64,000 nt of DNA from Zootoca vivipara. Taxonomy: Eukaryota. Where the stretch lies: contig NC_083284.1 in NCBI RefSeq assembly GCF_963506605.1, forward strand, positions 24,924,001 to 24,988,000, in the 5' to 3' direction. This document shows positions 13,480 through 25,789 of this stretch, in pieces; the stretch's first letter is position 1; every line of letters starts with the position of its first letter. Position numbers and translations under genes: made by a program. The notes under the pieces were generated by a model. That model made no database searches and was not told the origin of the DNA. It saw only the letters and a program-made list of their open reading frames with translations.

Positions 13480-13915
13480 AATCTTGCTTTCTCCCAATTT
13501 CTCCTTTCCCCCCAGTCTTTAGCTCAGTTATCTACATTTCCACAGCAGTGTGCAAATATTCTCTTTTTTATTTAAAAATATCCTCTTGAAAACTCATTAG
13601 CATTTTAATGTGGATTTCTCCTAAAATACATGTTATTATGTACAGTTCTGCCTAATATACACATTTTGGAAAGCAGTTTCCCCAGTACAAAGTGTTCTTT
13701 TTCATGCATGCATTTTCATTAACATATACCATATTCTGCAAATTCAGGTATATTCATTGCTATATACATTACTTGGCCAGATAATTACATTGCAAAATTC
13801 AGAGAAGTGTGATTTGTGTTCTGTGTATTGTTTTGGATGCGATGACCGAGAAGGATGACTGTGTTCTGTGTATTGTTTTGGATGCGATCTGAATTGGGTT
13901 TCTCCCCCATTCCTA
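13480..13915 (-). mobile_element. TAGGGATG-type MITE copy with an internal 28-bp tandem duplication
   Basis: Homologous to 4874-5291. gtgttctgtgtattgttttggatgcgat is repeated at ~13816 and 13861. Confidence 0.7.
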
Positions 13916-14973
13916 GCAAAGGCACTGAAAGGATTGTGGGATAGCCAAGGCCGCACCCTCTCTTTGGAAAGATTGCTTGGACATTATAGAATTTGAGATC
14001 TGGTAAGGCATATGTGTTAGGTCTGTGGTTTAAATTTGGGAAAGAATAAATGCATTGTTCTGCTACTGCCACTGATAACACATTTTTGTTATGGGATATA
14101 GTAATAGCAATCATAATCATCATATGATGGAAAGCCAGGCTGTGGTCAAAAAGGGCATGTTCTCCTGCAGCACATGTTACTTTCTACAGCTCCTTAGTGA
14201 CAGGCTTGCCCTTGCCTTGGTGAAACATGAGAACAGGAAGGGGAGAGGTAAGGGGTTTGGGCCATACAAGGGCAGACCAAAGATAGCTTTGTTCCATAGC
14301 TGGCAGCAGGCATAACTGGGGAAGGAGGCGTCATTCTCCATCTTCCCCACTGGACATGTGCACTTTTCATTCATTGCCTTCATGCTTCCCACTCTTAAAA
14401 GTGTCCACCTCTCAGACTGAGACTCTCGGGGAAGTTCCCGCTCTCCAAAACAGCCGTACTGCAACTGCTCTGCCCCGCTCCAATAAAAGATGTCAATCAA
14501 AAATTCTTTCCCCTAATCCTCATCACAGATCTCTGCTGCATATTTTATATTTGTTCCATGTGTGGAACATTCACCAGCATCAATAAACCTGTGTGCTCAG
14601 AATAAGCACTGAATCAGAATGGAGAATTTAGCCTGATGAGAGGATGCATCAGATTGCTATGACAAACTGCATCAATATATACAGCTCTGCATATGGAGAA
14701 CATGCGCAAAGAAGCTTAATGGAAGCAGTGTCATTTTCCTACTGAAGATTCCTTCCCATCCTTTGCATAAGAGTGAGTGAAATGCAACTGTGAGATTATA
14801 GAAAGCACTATTTGGCAGCTGTTGTGGCTTTTTTCTTTTCTTAAATTTTTTTTGGTAATCTTATTTTTTTTGTAAGATGCCCTGGAAACTTGTTAAAATG
14901 TGGGATAGGCTAAATATGGAAACAATAACAAGAACGACGATGACAACCCCTTTTGTTTGTAAAGCTTTTAGAG

Positions 14974-15109
14974 CAGGGTTTCCCAAACTTGGGTCTCCAG
15001 CTGCTTTTGGACTGCAACTCCCATAATCCCTAGCTAGCAGGACCAATGGTCAGGTATGATGGGAATTATACTTCCAAAGCAGCTGGAGACGCAGGTTTGG
15101 GAAACCCTG
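14974..15109. mobile_element. 136-bp palindromic hAT (Buster-type) MITE, sister subfamily of 588-723
   Basis: TIR cagggtttcccaaac/gtttgggaaaccctg. Perfect 8-bp TSD ttttagag at 14966-14973 and 15110-15117. Confidence 0.9.
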
Positions 15110-16349
15110 TTTTAGAGTCATATGGACCTAGATATCAGGGGCAGGGCCTTCTGGTTAATATATGCTGGTTAGTCTGAAACACACAGTGGTGGTATTGTAC
15201 TCAGTGTTATCGGCCACAAGCATATGGCCTGAGGCTTGAACACTTCCACTGGTGAATTGTAGAAAAGTCTTGAGTGAAGTCTAGTTGTGGAATCAGCAGG
15301 GACAGCAAATGAAGCAAGGAGTAGGCCTGGACCAACAGCGGCATTACTAGATAGTAGTGTTCTGATATGTTAAATTCCACTGTAGCCACTTGTTCTGCTG
15401 AAAAGGTTAACTACTTTTAGTTAAATGGGACTTTTACATGATGGCTATAATTACAGTGTAATTATAAAGAAGACAAGTAGAAAAATGGTCCACAGCGCAA
15501 CCAAGTTTAAGAATGATCAACCCAAGCATTCAGTGACAAGATTCTGCTCTTCAGCAGTGAATTCTGAATGTGGGTCTAATAAAGCACATTCTAAGAACTC
15601 GTGAAGAACTGCTAGACTATCAAAGGATTCATTTGTTGTCTGAATCATCTTTGGAATGTCAAGGAGAATTTTACTAGATACCTAATGCCTGTGTGTATGA
15701 AAATAGTCAAAATCTGTACCCATATTTTGTTCTGTTTTTTAAATGGATGCATTTCCATCATCATCATCAAAAACAACAACAATAGCAATTTAGTGAGTCT
15801 TAAAACAAAAATAGAAGCTCACCGAAGTGGTACTTGTGTGTTGCTATAAACTAACGAGCAGATTACAAATGAAGTGGTGATGAGCTTAGGGACATCAGCG
15901 TCAGAAATCAGATAACCCACAGATTCTCTGCGGCAATGATTTGGATCCCAATCTGAAGCTTGAAGCTCAGCTTCAGGAAAGGGATTACAATTTCAACAGA
16001 AGATGTACGCCTGATGACATGCCTCTTAACAAAGTGGGGGACCAAATGTCAAACCTGAGTGGTAGGCAGGTTGTAAATTGTATTAAAATGCCTTTACAGC
16101 AAGTAATGAGTCATCTGGCAGTGTTCCCCAGTACACCCCAGCAGATGGAAGCATCTTAGGAGGGCACAGCTAGGCAGGAGGTTAGCATCACGTCTGATTG
16201 TGTGTGGGGAATGTTGTCGGCGGAGGACAGAACTAACAACAGTGGAGAAAAATGTCTGACTTGTAACTTGCATTTGGTTCAAATTTTACTCCGGATCCAA
16301 ACTCTTTCATCCCTCCCCACAAACCAAGTTCTAATTATACGTGCAGCAA

Positions 16350-16575
16350 AAGGAGCTGATAGAGTTCTTGAGGTTCACACTACACCTCATGGACATTCAC
16401 TGAAGCTGAATGTTGTAAGATGCAGGACTGACAAAAGAAAGTACTTCTGCACACAGCATATAATTAAACTATAGAATTTGCTCCCACAAGGAGTAGTGAT
16501 GGCCCCCAACTTGGATGTCTTTGAAAGATGATTTGATAGATTCATGGTGGATAATTCAGCTAGGGTGGTACTTAA
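16350..16575 (+). mobile_element. CR1 LINE 3' ORF2 fragment
   Basis: Encodes GHSLKL...RTDKRKYFCTQHIIKL, a typical CR1 ORF2 C-terminus, followed by gatagattcatggtggata. Confidence 0.75.
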
Positions 16576-17173
16576 GCATTTCAAAAAAAGAGATAAAATA
16601 TATACACACATGCACACACATGAGGGTAAAAGAAGATAGAGATTTACATAAAATGAGCACATGCTAATCTATATGTACAGATGCAAAGAAAGAAATAATG
16701 TGTATTTCTGTAAACCTTAGAGTTCCACCAAGTCTACTGATAGAATCCTCTTGGGTTCAAATGGCAACATTCTGGCTACATAAAGATTGGCATTTGGAGA
16801 ATCAGTCTGTTATTAGTAGAGAGGATGAGCTGTTTGACAGGAAAAAGTAGAGTGGGAGGCTTGGGCAATGGCTCCAGCTCTACCACCTGAATTGCTGATT
16901 GGTGAAATCTTTAGCATTTTTAAAAATGGCTTGCATTCCATGTTAGATTGGAGAAAGGAACTATACTTGTAAAACCCATTTGTGCTTCTCCATTTAGCGG
17001 GGGATAAGCATGCGTATTAAGCCAACTTCCATGTGCAGTGTGTCTCTAGGTAACTCCAGATGAGAGCGATGCATTAAGCATCTTTGCATATATTTGCTCT
17101 ATTATATATGTGCATTATTTATTCTGCCTCTGCTAGTGATAGGAGAGGAAAAGTAAACTCCTCCAATCATGAT

Positions 17174-17337
17174 CAAGGCTGGCCCTAGCATTAGGCAAAG
17201 GGATGCAATGGGCTCTGGTAGCAGTTCCTATTGCCCCCTTTTGTTTCTCTTAAGTCACTGAGCTCTCTGGTTTCTGTATACATGGTATACAAAGGTATCC
17301 TTTGCCTCAGGCTGCAAAATGTATTGAGCCAGCCCTG
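17174..17337. mobile_element. CAGGGCCGGCCC-type MITE, short copy
   Basis: caaggctggccc...gagccagccctg with internal tgcctcaggctgcaaaatgt. Confidence 0.55.
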
Positions 17338-19163
17338 AAATGTTATATAGTGTCAGAGATTTCACTAGCAAAGTCTAGTAAGATTTTCCTTACCGTTCGG
17401 CAAGGTGATTTTGGTTTTGGTACTATTATCACCATTGCTCCTCCTGACGACAATTTTACCAAACAATTGAATGCACACACTGGTAATTATCATTTGGTAA
17501 ATGGTCAGCCACATAAACCCATGAAGAATTGGATAGCTGTCATAGCGACAGTGGTAACTACCTGCACAACTTTTTTTTTTTTGTAGGGACTTGACATTCT
17601 TCTTGTATATTTGTAGCTTTTCATGTTAAAACTATGTGATGAAGATTATGAAGTCCCATTAATTTCAGCAGGATTGCTCTGGCGTAAATGTTTTAACAGC
17701 ACAACTTTCGAGTAACAGCTAGAAACAGGCTCATGACTCCTAGAGAATCCAAGACTGATTCCCCTTGACAATAGATCTCAGATTCCATCTCTCTCCTTGA
17801 TAGTTTATAGGTACATTTTAGGCTGTTGCCTCAATACATCCTATTTTAATTTTTTTATGGCTGAGTTATAAGCCTCAGGAAAACTGTCTTTTAATGGAAA
17901 GAGGGAGAGACCCTCACATTTAGGAGAAGGCAAAGCTATAATTTTATAGGCATTAGGTATCTAAAATAACTTTGTATAAAGATTACACAGGGATTTGTCC
18001 TCAGTTTTGCAGAAAATACTTAACGTTGAACTATATTTTATGCACACAGAACGACTTACTTTATAAGACAAGTTGATCAGGGATTTACTTTCCAATATTC
18101 AACAATACTATTACCAAAGTGCTTTTTTGACTCTCATAATAGAGCTGTCGTAAGCCATATATTTTAAAAACATCTCATAAACTACATTTATGTAAAAAGT
18201 GGTATGTGGAATAACAACTGTAAGCAGTCTAGATGGAAAGTATGCAAGGCATATTTTTGAGACTGTTTAAGACTGAGTCTTTGGATAAAGACAGTAGGAG
18301 TTTTAAATGTGCACACACAATTAATAGGCAATCAATTATCTTTATTCTTATTTTTCTGCTTGAACAGTTATTATGTATATGGTGACTGGCAGGCATCCAT
18401 GGAAACATGGAAAATATGGGTTTGCTTGGGGACTGGAAGGAATAACACTTCAATTGAATTTACTGAAGGCCATATTTTGTGGTGAGACTTCATGGCTTGT
18501 AAGTAGCAGTTGGGTTGGTTGTACAAACAGTTATGGAGGAAGAAGCACAGTGTAGATTCTGGTTGTGGACAGCAGGCATGTCTCAAGATTTTGCAATGTA
18601 TATCCTGTGATCAGGTGCAAGTCCTGGTGAACCTGAAATCAGGAGTTCATGCAATCTTGTAAATAGTGCAGATTTTGAAACAGTTTTGAAACAGTTTATT
18701 CAACAAGTGGGATCCAAAACAAAATGTTGCATTACATTATCCGCCTAACATCATTACTGTATAATGTTATGGTAATATAGGCTGTTTTGTTTGAAAAAAA
18801 CAAAAATGGGGTCATAAAATGGCATCTACACCACGGTAATTTTGTGATGTGCCTCGCTGTTCAAAACTCAGTTTATAAATATGTAAATAACAAGCAAATA
18901 AGCAAACAGCAAATCAGCCTGAAGGAAGCAACAACTATAGTCCTTTGGCCTGATCTAATAGGATTATTTTTATGAGGGAAAGGGTGAAAGTCTGTGGCTG
19001 GCTTTGGATTCCGGGCGTAATGGAGAAAATCCAGCCCAGAAGTGGTATGTGGGAGACATCTTCCAATGGAGGTGTGAGGAGAGATAATCTGCTACCAGAA
19101 CATAAGGAGGTGTCTGTCATGAGATTCTTTTCATTGAAGGATAGACAAACTGGGAAACTGGGC

Positions 19164-19200
19164 ATCTGAAGAAGTGTGCATGCACACGAAAGCTCATACC
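19164..19200 (+). ncRNA. Minimal type-I hammerhead ribozyme motif (copy 2)
   Basis: CTGAAGA at 19166-19172, stem II GTGTG-CATG-CACAC, GAAA-GC-TC. Predicted cleavage after C19195. Stem I only partly paired (AT/AT plus flank GG/CC). Confidence 0.7.
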
Positions 19201-19288
19201 AAAATATAAACTTAGTTGGTCTTTAAGGTGCTACTGAAGGAATTTTTTTATTTTGCTTCGACTCAGACCAACACGGCTACCTACCTGT
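19164..19288 (+). mobile_element. Short Penelope-derived insertion beginning with a hammerhead ribozyme
   Basis: Near-identical to 60704-60794 plus ~35 nt of extra 3' sequence. 16-bp TSD aactgggaaactgggc (19148-19163) / aactgggaaactaggc (19289-19304). Confidence 0.9.
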
Positions 19289-19378
19289 AACTGGGAAACT
19301 AGGCTTAGGCAGGTATCACTCTTCCCACAGAATTAAAAAAGAAGTCAAAAGAAGTAAATTTGCTGCTACATACAATAA

Positions 19379-19380
<2 letters not shown>

Positions 19381-19430
<50 letters not shown>
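19381..19430. repeat. (CT)n microsatellite
   Basis: Direct observation. Confidence 0.98.
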
Positions 19431-19433
<3 letters not shown>

Positions 19434-20284
19434 AATTTCTACTTAGAGGTTGCCTAACACTGAATAAGAAGCGAGGCAAAAAAAGAAAAAAAAGGGTCAG
19501 CAAGATATTCTGTGGAGATGGAGTTCTTGGAGGGAAGAACTGGGTGACCATTTTGCAATTGCTCTATAGGCGAACTTCTTCCTTCCTATGCCTTTGAAAA
19601 GGAAATGTCATGTCAAAAGGCAGTCGTTTGACTGGCTTGGGAATGTCTGTTAGTGTACAACCAGCACAGCACCTGCAACGGAGGAGGAACTCTCATTAGC
19701 TGAATATTTAAGTGAAGCATCAATTTAGCCACCCATAAATCTGGCAGCAGAGAATGTATAAAACACTGAAGCGATAACGCCGTCCTCAAAATCACTGCCT
19801 TGGCCTTGTTCATATACTAGCAATTAATTATTTTCCAAAATGAGGAATGCAGGGGTGCTTAGATCATTAGTTTTAAAGGCAGAACAGCTCTCTGTGCGAA
19901 CAAGTTATCTTTCCCTTTGTGAAAGGTTAGCTGGGGAGCACGAAGGAGGAAGGTGAATGTTAATAGACAGTAGAGCATCTTCTCCTTAGGTTGAAATGGA
20001 GGCAGGAGCAAGTAAATGTATCTTTCTGTTAGTATCTTTTCTGGCTTTCATTTCATCCTTGTAAAATGGTTGAGCTTTACAAAATCGTGTGATAAAAGTA
20101 TTGGCAAAAGTCACAGATTTTTTTTTTGGGGGGGGCTCCTTACATTATTTAGTATGAACTGGGTGTTTCCTCCTTTGCCCAAAGTGAAATCATCAACTGG
20201 CTAGGAAAGACTGGAAGTAAACTGGTGGCAATGAACAAATTAATGAATATAAAAGTGGTTTGATTGGTTTCAAATTAGCTGTGG

Positions 20285-20491
20285 GCTTGGAAATTGATTT
20301 CGTTATTAGTATCCCTCTTTTCTCTCTCCTTTTTTTCTTTTTCCTTTTCTTTCCTTCCCCCCCCTTAAATATAAAAATTTGTGTGGATCTATTATATAAG
20401 ATAGGAAATAATCGGTATTGGAATATTAATGAATGAAAGAAATGATTTGTATCAGCGTATATTTTGGAAAATCTAATAAAGACTACTTGTT
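20285..20491 (+). mobile_element. Retrotransposed insertion, probably a 5'-truncated L1-type 3' UTR
   Basis: Perfect 13-bp TSD aaattagctgtgg at 20272-20284 and 20492-20504. T-rich body with AATAAA at 20475-20480 just before the 3' end. Confidence 0.7.
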
Positions 20492-20659
20492 AAATTAGCT
20501 GTGGAGTAGGGTGAAATTTTCTCTGTACTGTGAGCAAACTTGGGAAACTAACCTGTGCCCAGTCCAAAATTAGAAGGGGTAGGTAAAACGGGAGAGCAAG
20601 AACACACACAACCTAGGGGATTTGGTAATTTTTCCTAGTCCTTTTGACATGTTCTATGC

Positions 20660-20795
20660 CAGGCATCCCCAAACTTCGGCCCTCCAGATGTTTTGGACTA
20701 CAATTCCCTTCTTCCCCGACCACTGGTCCTGTTAGTTAGGAATCATGGGAGTTGTAGGCCAAAACATCTGGAGGGCCGCAGTTTGGAGATGCCTG
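20660..20795. mobile_element. ~136-bp palindromic hAT MITE (same family as 588-723)
   Basis: TIRs caggcatccccaaact/agtttggagatgcctg. TSD ttctatgc/ctctatgc. Confidence 0.9.
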
Positions 20796-20864
20796 CTCTA
20801 TGCTCTCAATTTTGGACAGAAAATACCCATGGGATCTAGAGTAGTTTGTTCCCTTTATCCACTA

Positions 20865-21234
20865 AAAAAGAGAGGTAAAGGTAAAGGACCCCTGGATGAT
20901 TAAGTCCAGTCAAAGGTAACTATGGGGTGCGGTGCTCATCTCACTTCAGGACAAGGGAGCTGGTGTTTGTCCACAGACAGCTTTCTGGGTCATGTGGCCA
21001 GCATGACTAAACTGCTTCTGGCGCAACGGAACACCGTGACAGAGGCCAGAGCACACGGAAATGCCATTTACCTTCCCACTGCAGTGGTACCTATTTACTG
21101 TGTCTACTTGCACTCATATGCTTTCGAACAGACAGAGCAGACAGAGTAACGGGAGCTCACCCCATCACACAGATTTGAACTGCTGACTTTCCAATCGGCA
21201 GGCCCAAGAGGCTGTGTGGTTTAGAGTGCGTCCC
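20865..21234 (-). mobile_element. Sauria SINE
   Basis: Minus strand starts GGGACGC..., has the characteristic body (gtcatgctggccacatgacc; aataggtaccactgc..tgggaaggtaaatggc) and ends in (ACCTTT)n. Flanks tttatccacta / tttgtccacta act as the TSD. Confidence 0.88.
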
Positions 21235-21481
21235 TTTGTCCACTAGGCTATTGCTGGGAGACTGGTGCTAACCAGACCCAAAGCTGAAAAGATTGGTTTA
21301 AGTATCAAGCTGACAGATCATTGAGTCCTGTTACTATAAGCATTCATTTTTTTAAAAGTAAAAGTCAAGTTTCTTGTCCTCATGAATGTAGAATGAAAAT
21401 ATTAAGAAAGGTCCTAGGTGTTAAAGAAAAGATAACACTTTGGAACAGAAATTGTATGCCTGAAGGAGTGTCTCCACCTAC

Positions 21482-21518
21482 ATCTGAAGAAGTGTGCATC
21501 CACACGAAAGCTCATACC
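21482..21518 (+). ncRNA. Minimal hammerhead ribozyme motif (copy 3)
   Basis: CTGAAGA at 21484-21490, stem II GTGTG/CACAC with loop CATC, GAAAGCTC. Predicted cleavage after C21513. Stem I is weak. Confidence 0.6.
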
Positions 21519-21584
21519 AAGAACAAACTTATTTGGTCTCCAAGGTACTACTGGACATTTTAATTTTTTTAAAAAAATATATTC
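21482..21584 (+). mobile_element. Short Penelope-derived insertion beginning with a hammerhead ribozyme (divergent variant)
   Basis: atctgaagaagtgtgcatccacacgaaagctcatacc.... 11-bp TSD ccacctacatc at 21474-21484 and 21585-21595 (ATC overlaps the element start). Confidence 0.88.
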
Positions 21585-21944
21585 CCACCTACATCATTCA
21601 GCCCGGACATTGAGGTCCAGCTCTAAGGGCCTTCTGGTGGCTCCATCACTGAAATAAGTGAAGTTACAGGGAACCAGGCAAAGGGCCTTCTTGGTAGTGG
21701 CATCCGCCCTGTGGAACATCCTCCCACCAGATGGTAAAGAGATAACCAATTATATGACCTTCTGTAGACTTCTGTAGACTCCTGTATCAAGAAGCTTTCT
21801 ATGTTTGATGTATCATGTGTTTTTTATACTTTGTTGGAAGCCACCCAGAGTGACTGGGGCAACCCAGTCAGATGGGCAGCATATAAATAAATTATTATTT
21901 ATTATTATTAAACTGTGAATGCATTGGCTAAGGTGTTTATTTGT

Positions 21945-22145
21945 TTTCTTTCTTTATCATTACGTTCATACCCCACCTTTCCTCCAAGTTACTCAAGGTG
22001 GTGTACACAGTTCCCCACCTCCCCATTTGTATCCTCACAACACGTGAGGTAAGTTGGGCTCGGAGATTGTGATTGGCCCAAGTTTACTTGGGGGGGGGGG
22101 CTTTGTGGATGAATGGAGTCTCTCAGGTCCTAGTCCACTACATGG
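21945..22145 (-). mobile_element. MIR/CORE-like SINE remnant
   Basis: atcctcacaac..gtgaggtaagttgggctcggagattgtgattggcccaag resembles the reverse strand of amniote MIR-like SINEs with an L2-type tail. Confidence 0.55.
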
Positions 22146-22234
22146 CAGTGGTTCTCAAGCCAGTTCTATTACGTCCTTCAGCTTTTGCTACTGATTTCCA
22201 GGTGCTTATGTTATCAGGTACAATATCCTCCTTG

Positions 22235-22278
<44 letters not shown>

Positions 22279-22405
22279 TTATTATTTATACCCCGCCCAT
22301 CTGGCCGGGTTCCCCCAGCCACTCTGGGCGGCTTCCAACAAAACACTAAAATACAGAAATCCTTCAAACATTAAAAGCTTCCCTAAACAGGGCTGCCTTG
22401 AGATG
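22235..22405 (-). mobile_element. L2 LINE 3' terminus with (TAT)n tail
   Basis: Reverse complement of 44470-44620 (ggaagccgcccagagtggctggggg aacccggccagatgggcggggtataaataataa). Confidence 0.88.
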
Positions 22406-24389
22406 CTTGTAATGAGGCGTGTTTACTTTATTCAAACTGCTCAACTAAGCTGGCTTTCACAGAAGATGCTTAAATTGGTTTGTGATTTTCCTGCAGCTGC
22501 ACCACACTATCACAATGGCTGGTATTATGGATGTTCAGATGTTAACATTTTCTTGCTTTCCAAAACACCAGGCCAAATATTTTCTAGGGCAGGGGAAGAT
22601 GCTGTTTCTCTGCAGTATAGTTGGTTATCAGCAATCATGAATGTGCATCTCTGGGAGCTCAACTGTTCAGAGCAACAGGAAACCGGGCACCCTCCTGGCT
22701 ATTTATATTAATAGCCACATTTCTCCAAACAATAATTCCAATCAAAATGTTTGTTTCTTCTGTTACAGACGGCATTAACCAATTAAAAATGCATTTGGGT
22801 GAAAAAGGCATGCAGCCTGAGTCGTGAAAACAGCTCGATTACTCTTCAGGCATCTAGAATGCCATTCAGCCTCTCCCATTCAGCGCCAACCCTCAGTCAA
22901 ATTAGATACTATTGTCAAATATTGAATGCCCTTCCCACTTGAGAAAAAGGTTAACAATTTTACTTTGCATACCGTTACAAAACAACAAAGGTTTGGTCAA
23001 CCCACTGAAACATGTTGATTCCTTTACAGTGGATTGGATTACACACTAAATATCCAGTGATGAGCTCCCCATCTCATGTTGGCAATAAATGTGAAGAGCT
23101 ACTCAGCTTGGCATAAACCTCTTCTCCAGGAAAATTAAACCAAGCAGCCAAAGGGAAGAATCACAAGCTTAGGAGGCCAGTAGCTGGCAAAGGTCTGGCA
23201 GACAAGAGCAGGCCAAACACTTAGAAAAGAATTCTCAGCTGCTTTTAAAGGCAAGACAGGGAACCATTAGTTTCATATGTTTTGTAACACGTCTTGTAAA
23301 CCTGGAGGGTTATATATTGCTCCATTAACTTTTACTAAAAGCATAAAAACAATAATGGGCTTTGTTTAAGTGTCAGAGATGGGAATTGGATTGGCTTTTA
23401 CCTATGCTAGTTTTTGCAATCTGTCACTGGAAGCAAGTTCAATAGGCAAAAATGAAGACATGCCAGCTTTTATATGCAAATCTACAAGGGATTTTTCTCC
23501 GGAGTTCAAAGCTCTGAGAAGAGGATTTGCACAATAGCAATTAAAATTTACAGTGTATTTTTTTTAAAAAAGAAAACCCTTTTTGAATGTCCAGCACTTG
23601 TTGGACAGAAATGTCATTATGAGAGTATCCTGATTTCAACATTCGATACCTAAAATACTTCAAAACCTGACAAAGATGACTATTTTAATGCTGTTGGAGA
23701 AGCATATATTTTAGCACTGGGAATTGCAACCTCACTCCAATATGTTTTACATTTATTTGCTGAAGGATACAATGCACTTGTGTTATTACACCGGTTTCAT
23801 TCTTTGATGATTTCCCATTTGGCAGACCAGTGACACCTTTTCATTGGTTATTCATTCACATTATTGATTAACGCATAGAGAACCAATTTATTAGTCCCTC
23901 TGAATCCATTTTGAGTATCCAGGTTTTTAAATAGAGAAATATCTTTTACCCAGTGCTAACACCGTATGCACTTGTAAAACATGTTCAACCATTGTTTATT
24001 GCACAAAAGAGAGGTTTAGCAAAGAGCACAATTCAAAGTACAGTATTATCTGTCACATAAACAAACACAGTTTTTTTTTCAAATCTTACTTTCCCTATAT
24101 CTCAGGAAAGCACCCAACTTGCCTTCCCCTGCGAATTTTGCATTCAGAATCCATGTTTACAAATCAGATGATCAAGTCGAATAATATGGTTATTCAGTTG
24201 AAGCCCTTTAGAATCAGGTTTGTCTATATTTACCTCTTTCTCCCAAGACTCTGGCTTCATTCCCTGATCTGTGGAAACATTGGATGAGTTTTACTATGCA
24301 CCAAGTTGGATTGATTGCCATGTCTGAGGTTAGGAAACTATTTGAGGTTAGGAAACATGTCATTAATTTTATTTCTCTCTGCCCCTGAC

Positions 24390-24949
24390 CACGGCTGGCC
24401 CTACCATTAGGTAGACAGAGGCAGCTGCCTTAGGCAGCAGATGTGGAGTGGTGAGGAGCAGAGCTGAGGTGTTGGAGGACAGGGTTGTCTGTTCCATGAG
24501 GCCTACTCTGTGCTTCATAAGACAGCCTGCTGCCTTCAGACACAGAGGAGATCAGGCACACCAAGTCTAGGGGGCAGAGATGTCACCAGACCCTCAATAT
24601 TCCTTATCAGGGGGCTCAGCCACCCCTAAGAATGAGGGGCAGGCAGAGGAAGCCGAACCACCAAGCCTGAGTGTGACACCGCATCCAAGGCAGGCTCCTT
24701 CTGAGCATGAGGGAGGAGGAGCCACAGCCATTGAAGCTGTGTGGTGATGGGTGAGGCCTCCTACCGATGATGCATCTCCTCCTGATGATGTGCTGTGCAC
24801 TAGGCGTGTGACACCATAGGTGTATGCCACACTGCTGGGACCCCCAAGGCAGCATCTCTGATGGTTCAACTGCCAGTCCAACCAGCTGTTGCACATGGAA
24901 TACAAGTTGTCCTTCACCTCAGGTAGCAAAATGTTTTGAGCTGGCCCTG
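24390..24949. mobile_element. CAGGGCCGGCCC-type MITE with ~300 bp of extra internal GC-rich sequence
   Basis: cacggctggccc...gagctggccctg. Reverse-orientation homologue of 5765-6079. TSD cccctgac/tctctgat is degenerate. Confidence 0.6.
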
Positions 24950-25789
24950 TCTCTGATGGTGGTGAAATGGGCATCTGTAGCTGGGTAAGTGTCTGATCCT
25001 GCTAGGAATATCCAGATGATATTTCTGGATGTACAACATAGACGTGTCGACTACAGAGAAAAGGCTCTTAGGACATCCTTCAGTTTCTTCATGGCCACTT
25101 GGAAATTACTGAAAAGTCCCTTTTCTAGACCATTCCTGGTTGAAGAATAAGCAGGTGGATTTCCTGCATATTTTTAAGGCACCACAACCCCAGGTTCTAG
25201 TGGGTCAATGAATGCTCAGAGGGCAGCTCTACCATGCTTGAGCAGCTAAGAAAGTGAAGCATTTTCCTATAGTGATGTTAGCTCCCTCTAACATTTCCAC
25301 AGTGAAATCACCCCTTTGATTTCAACACATGTATTTAATAAAATGACAGGCTTGTCAACAGCCAGTGTTTAACATATGCACACCAGAAATTACTAGCTGC
25401 TAATTGCTAAATTATTGAAGGGCTGAAGAGATCACAAGGCATTTTTGATTCCCACAACCTCAGTGGGCTGGGATCTGTGAGAGCTAAGGATGCTTGGAGA
25501 TTTGAGAATAGAAAAAAAGAAGAGGAGGAGGAGGAGGAAGCTGTGTGTCTACAAATGTGTGTCCCCATTCACTGCAGCTCTCCCAAAAAGTACCCAGGTG
25601 GTGTCACATTTCCTTATGCATATGCTATGTTATATTATGTTATTGTTGATGGATTTACAATGGTGGAAAATCTGGGGGCTGGGGAAGGGTGGTATAAAGA
25701 GCATTCAGAAGGTCACTTTCTTTTTCTTCCCTTTCTTCTTGTTCTCTGGGTTTCAGAAGGCTACTTCAGCATGTGGTGGCTGCTAACAC

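Larger units (their letters stand above)
21452..21910 (+). mobile_element. L2 LINE 3' fragment with (TTA)n tail, interrupted by the Penelope fragment at 21482-21584
   Basis: Colinear with 44272-44623 on both sides of the insert. Confidence 0.85.

Noticed and set aside
22073-22711. 212-aa ORF
   Set aside because: Runs through a SINE remnant, (ATA)n (poly-Ile) and an antisense L2 tail. Not a gene.
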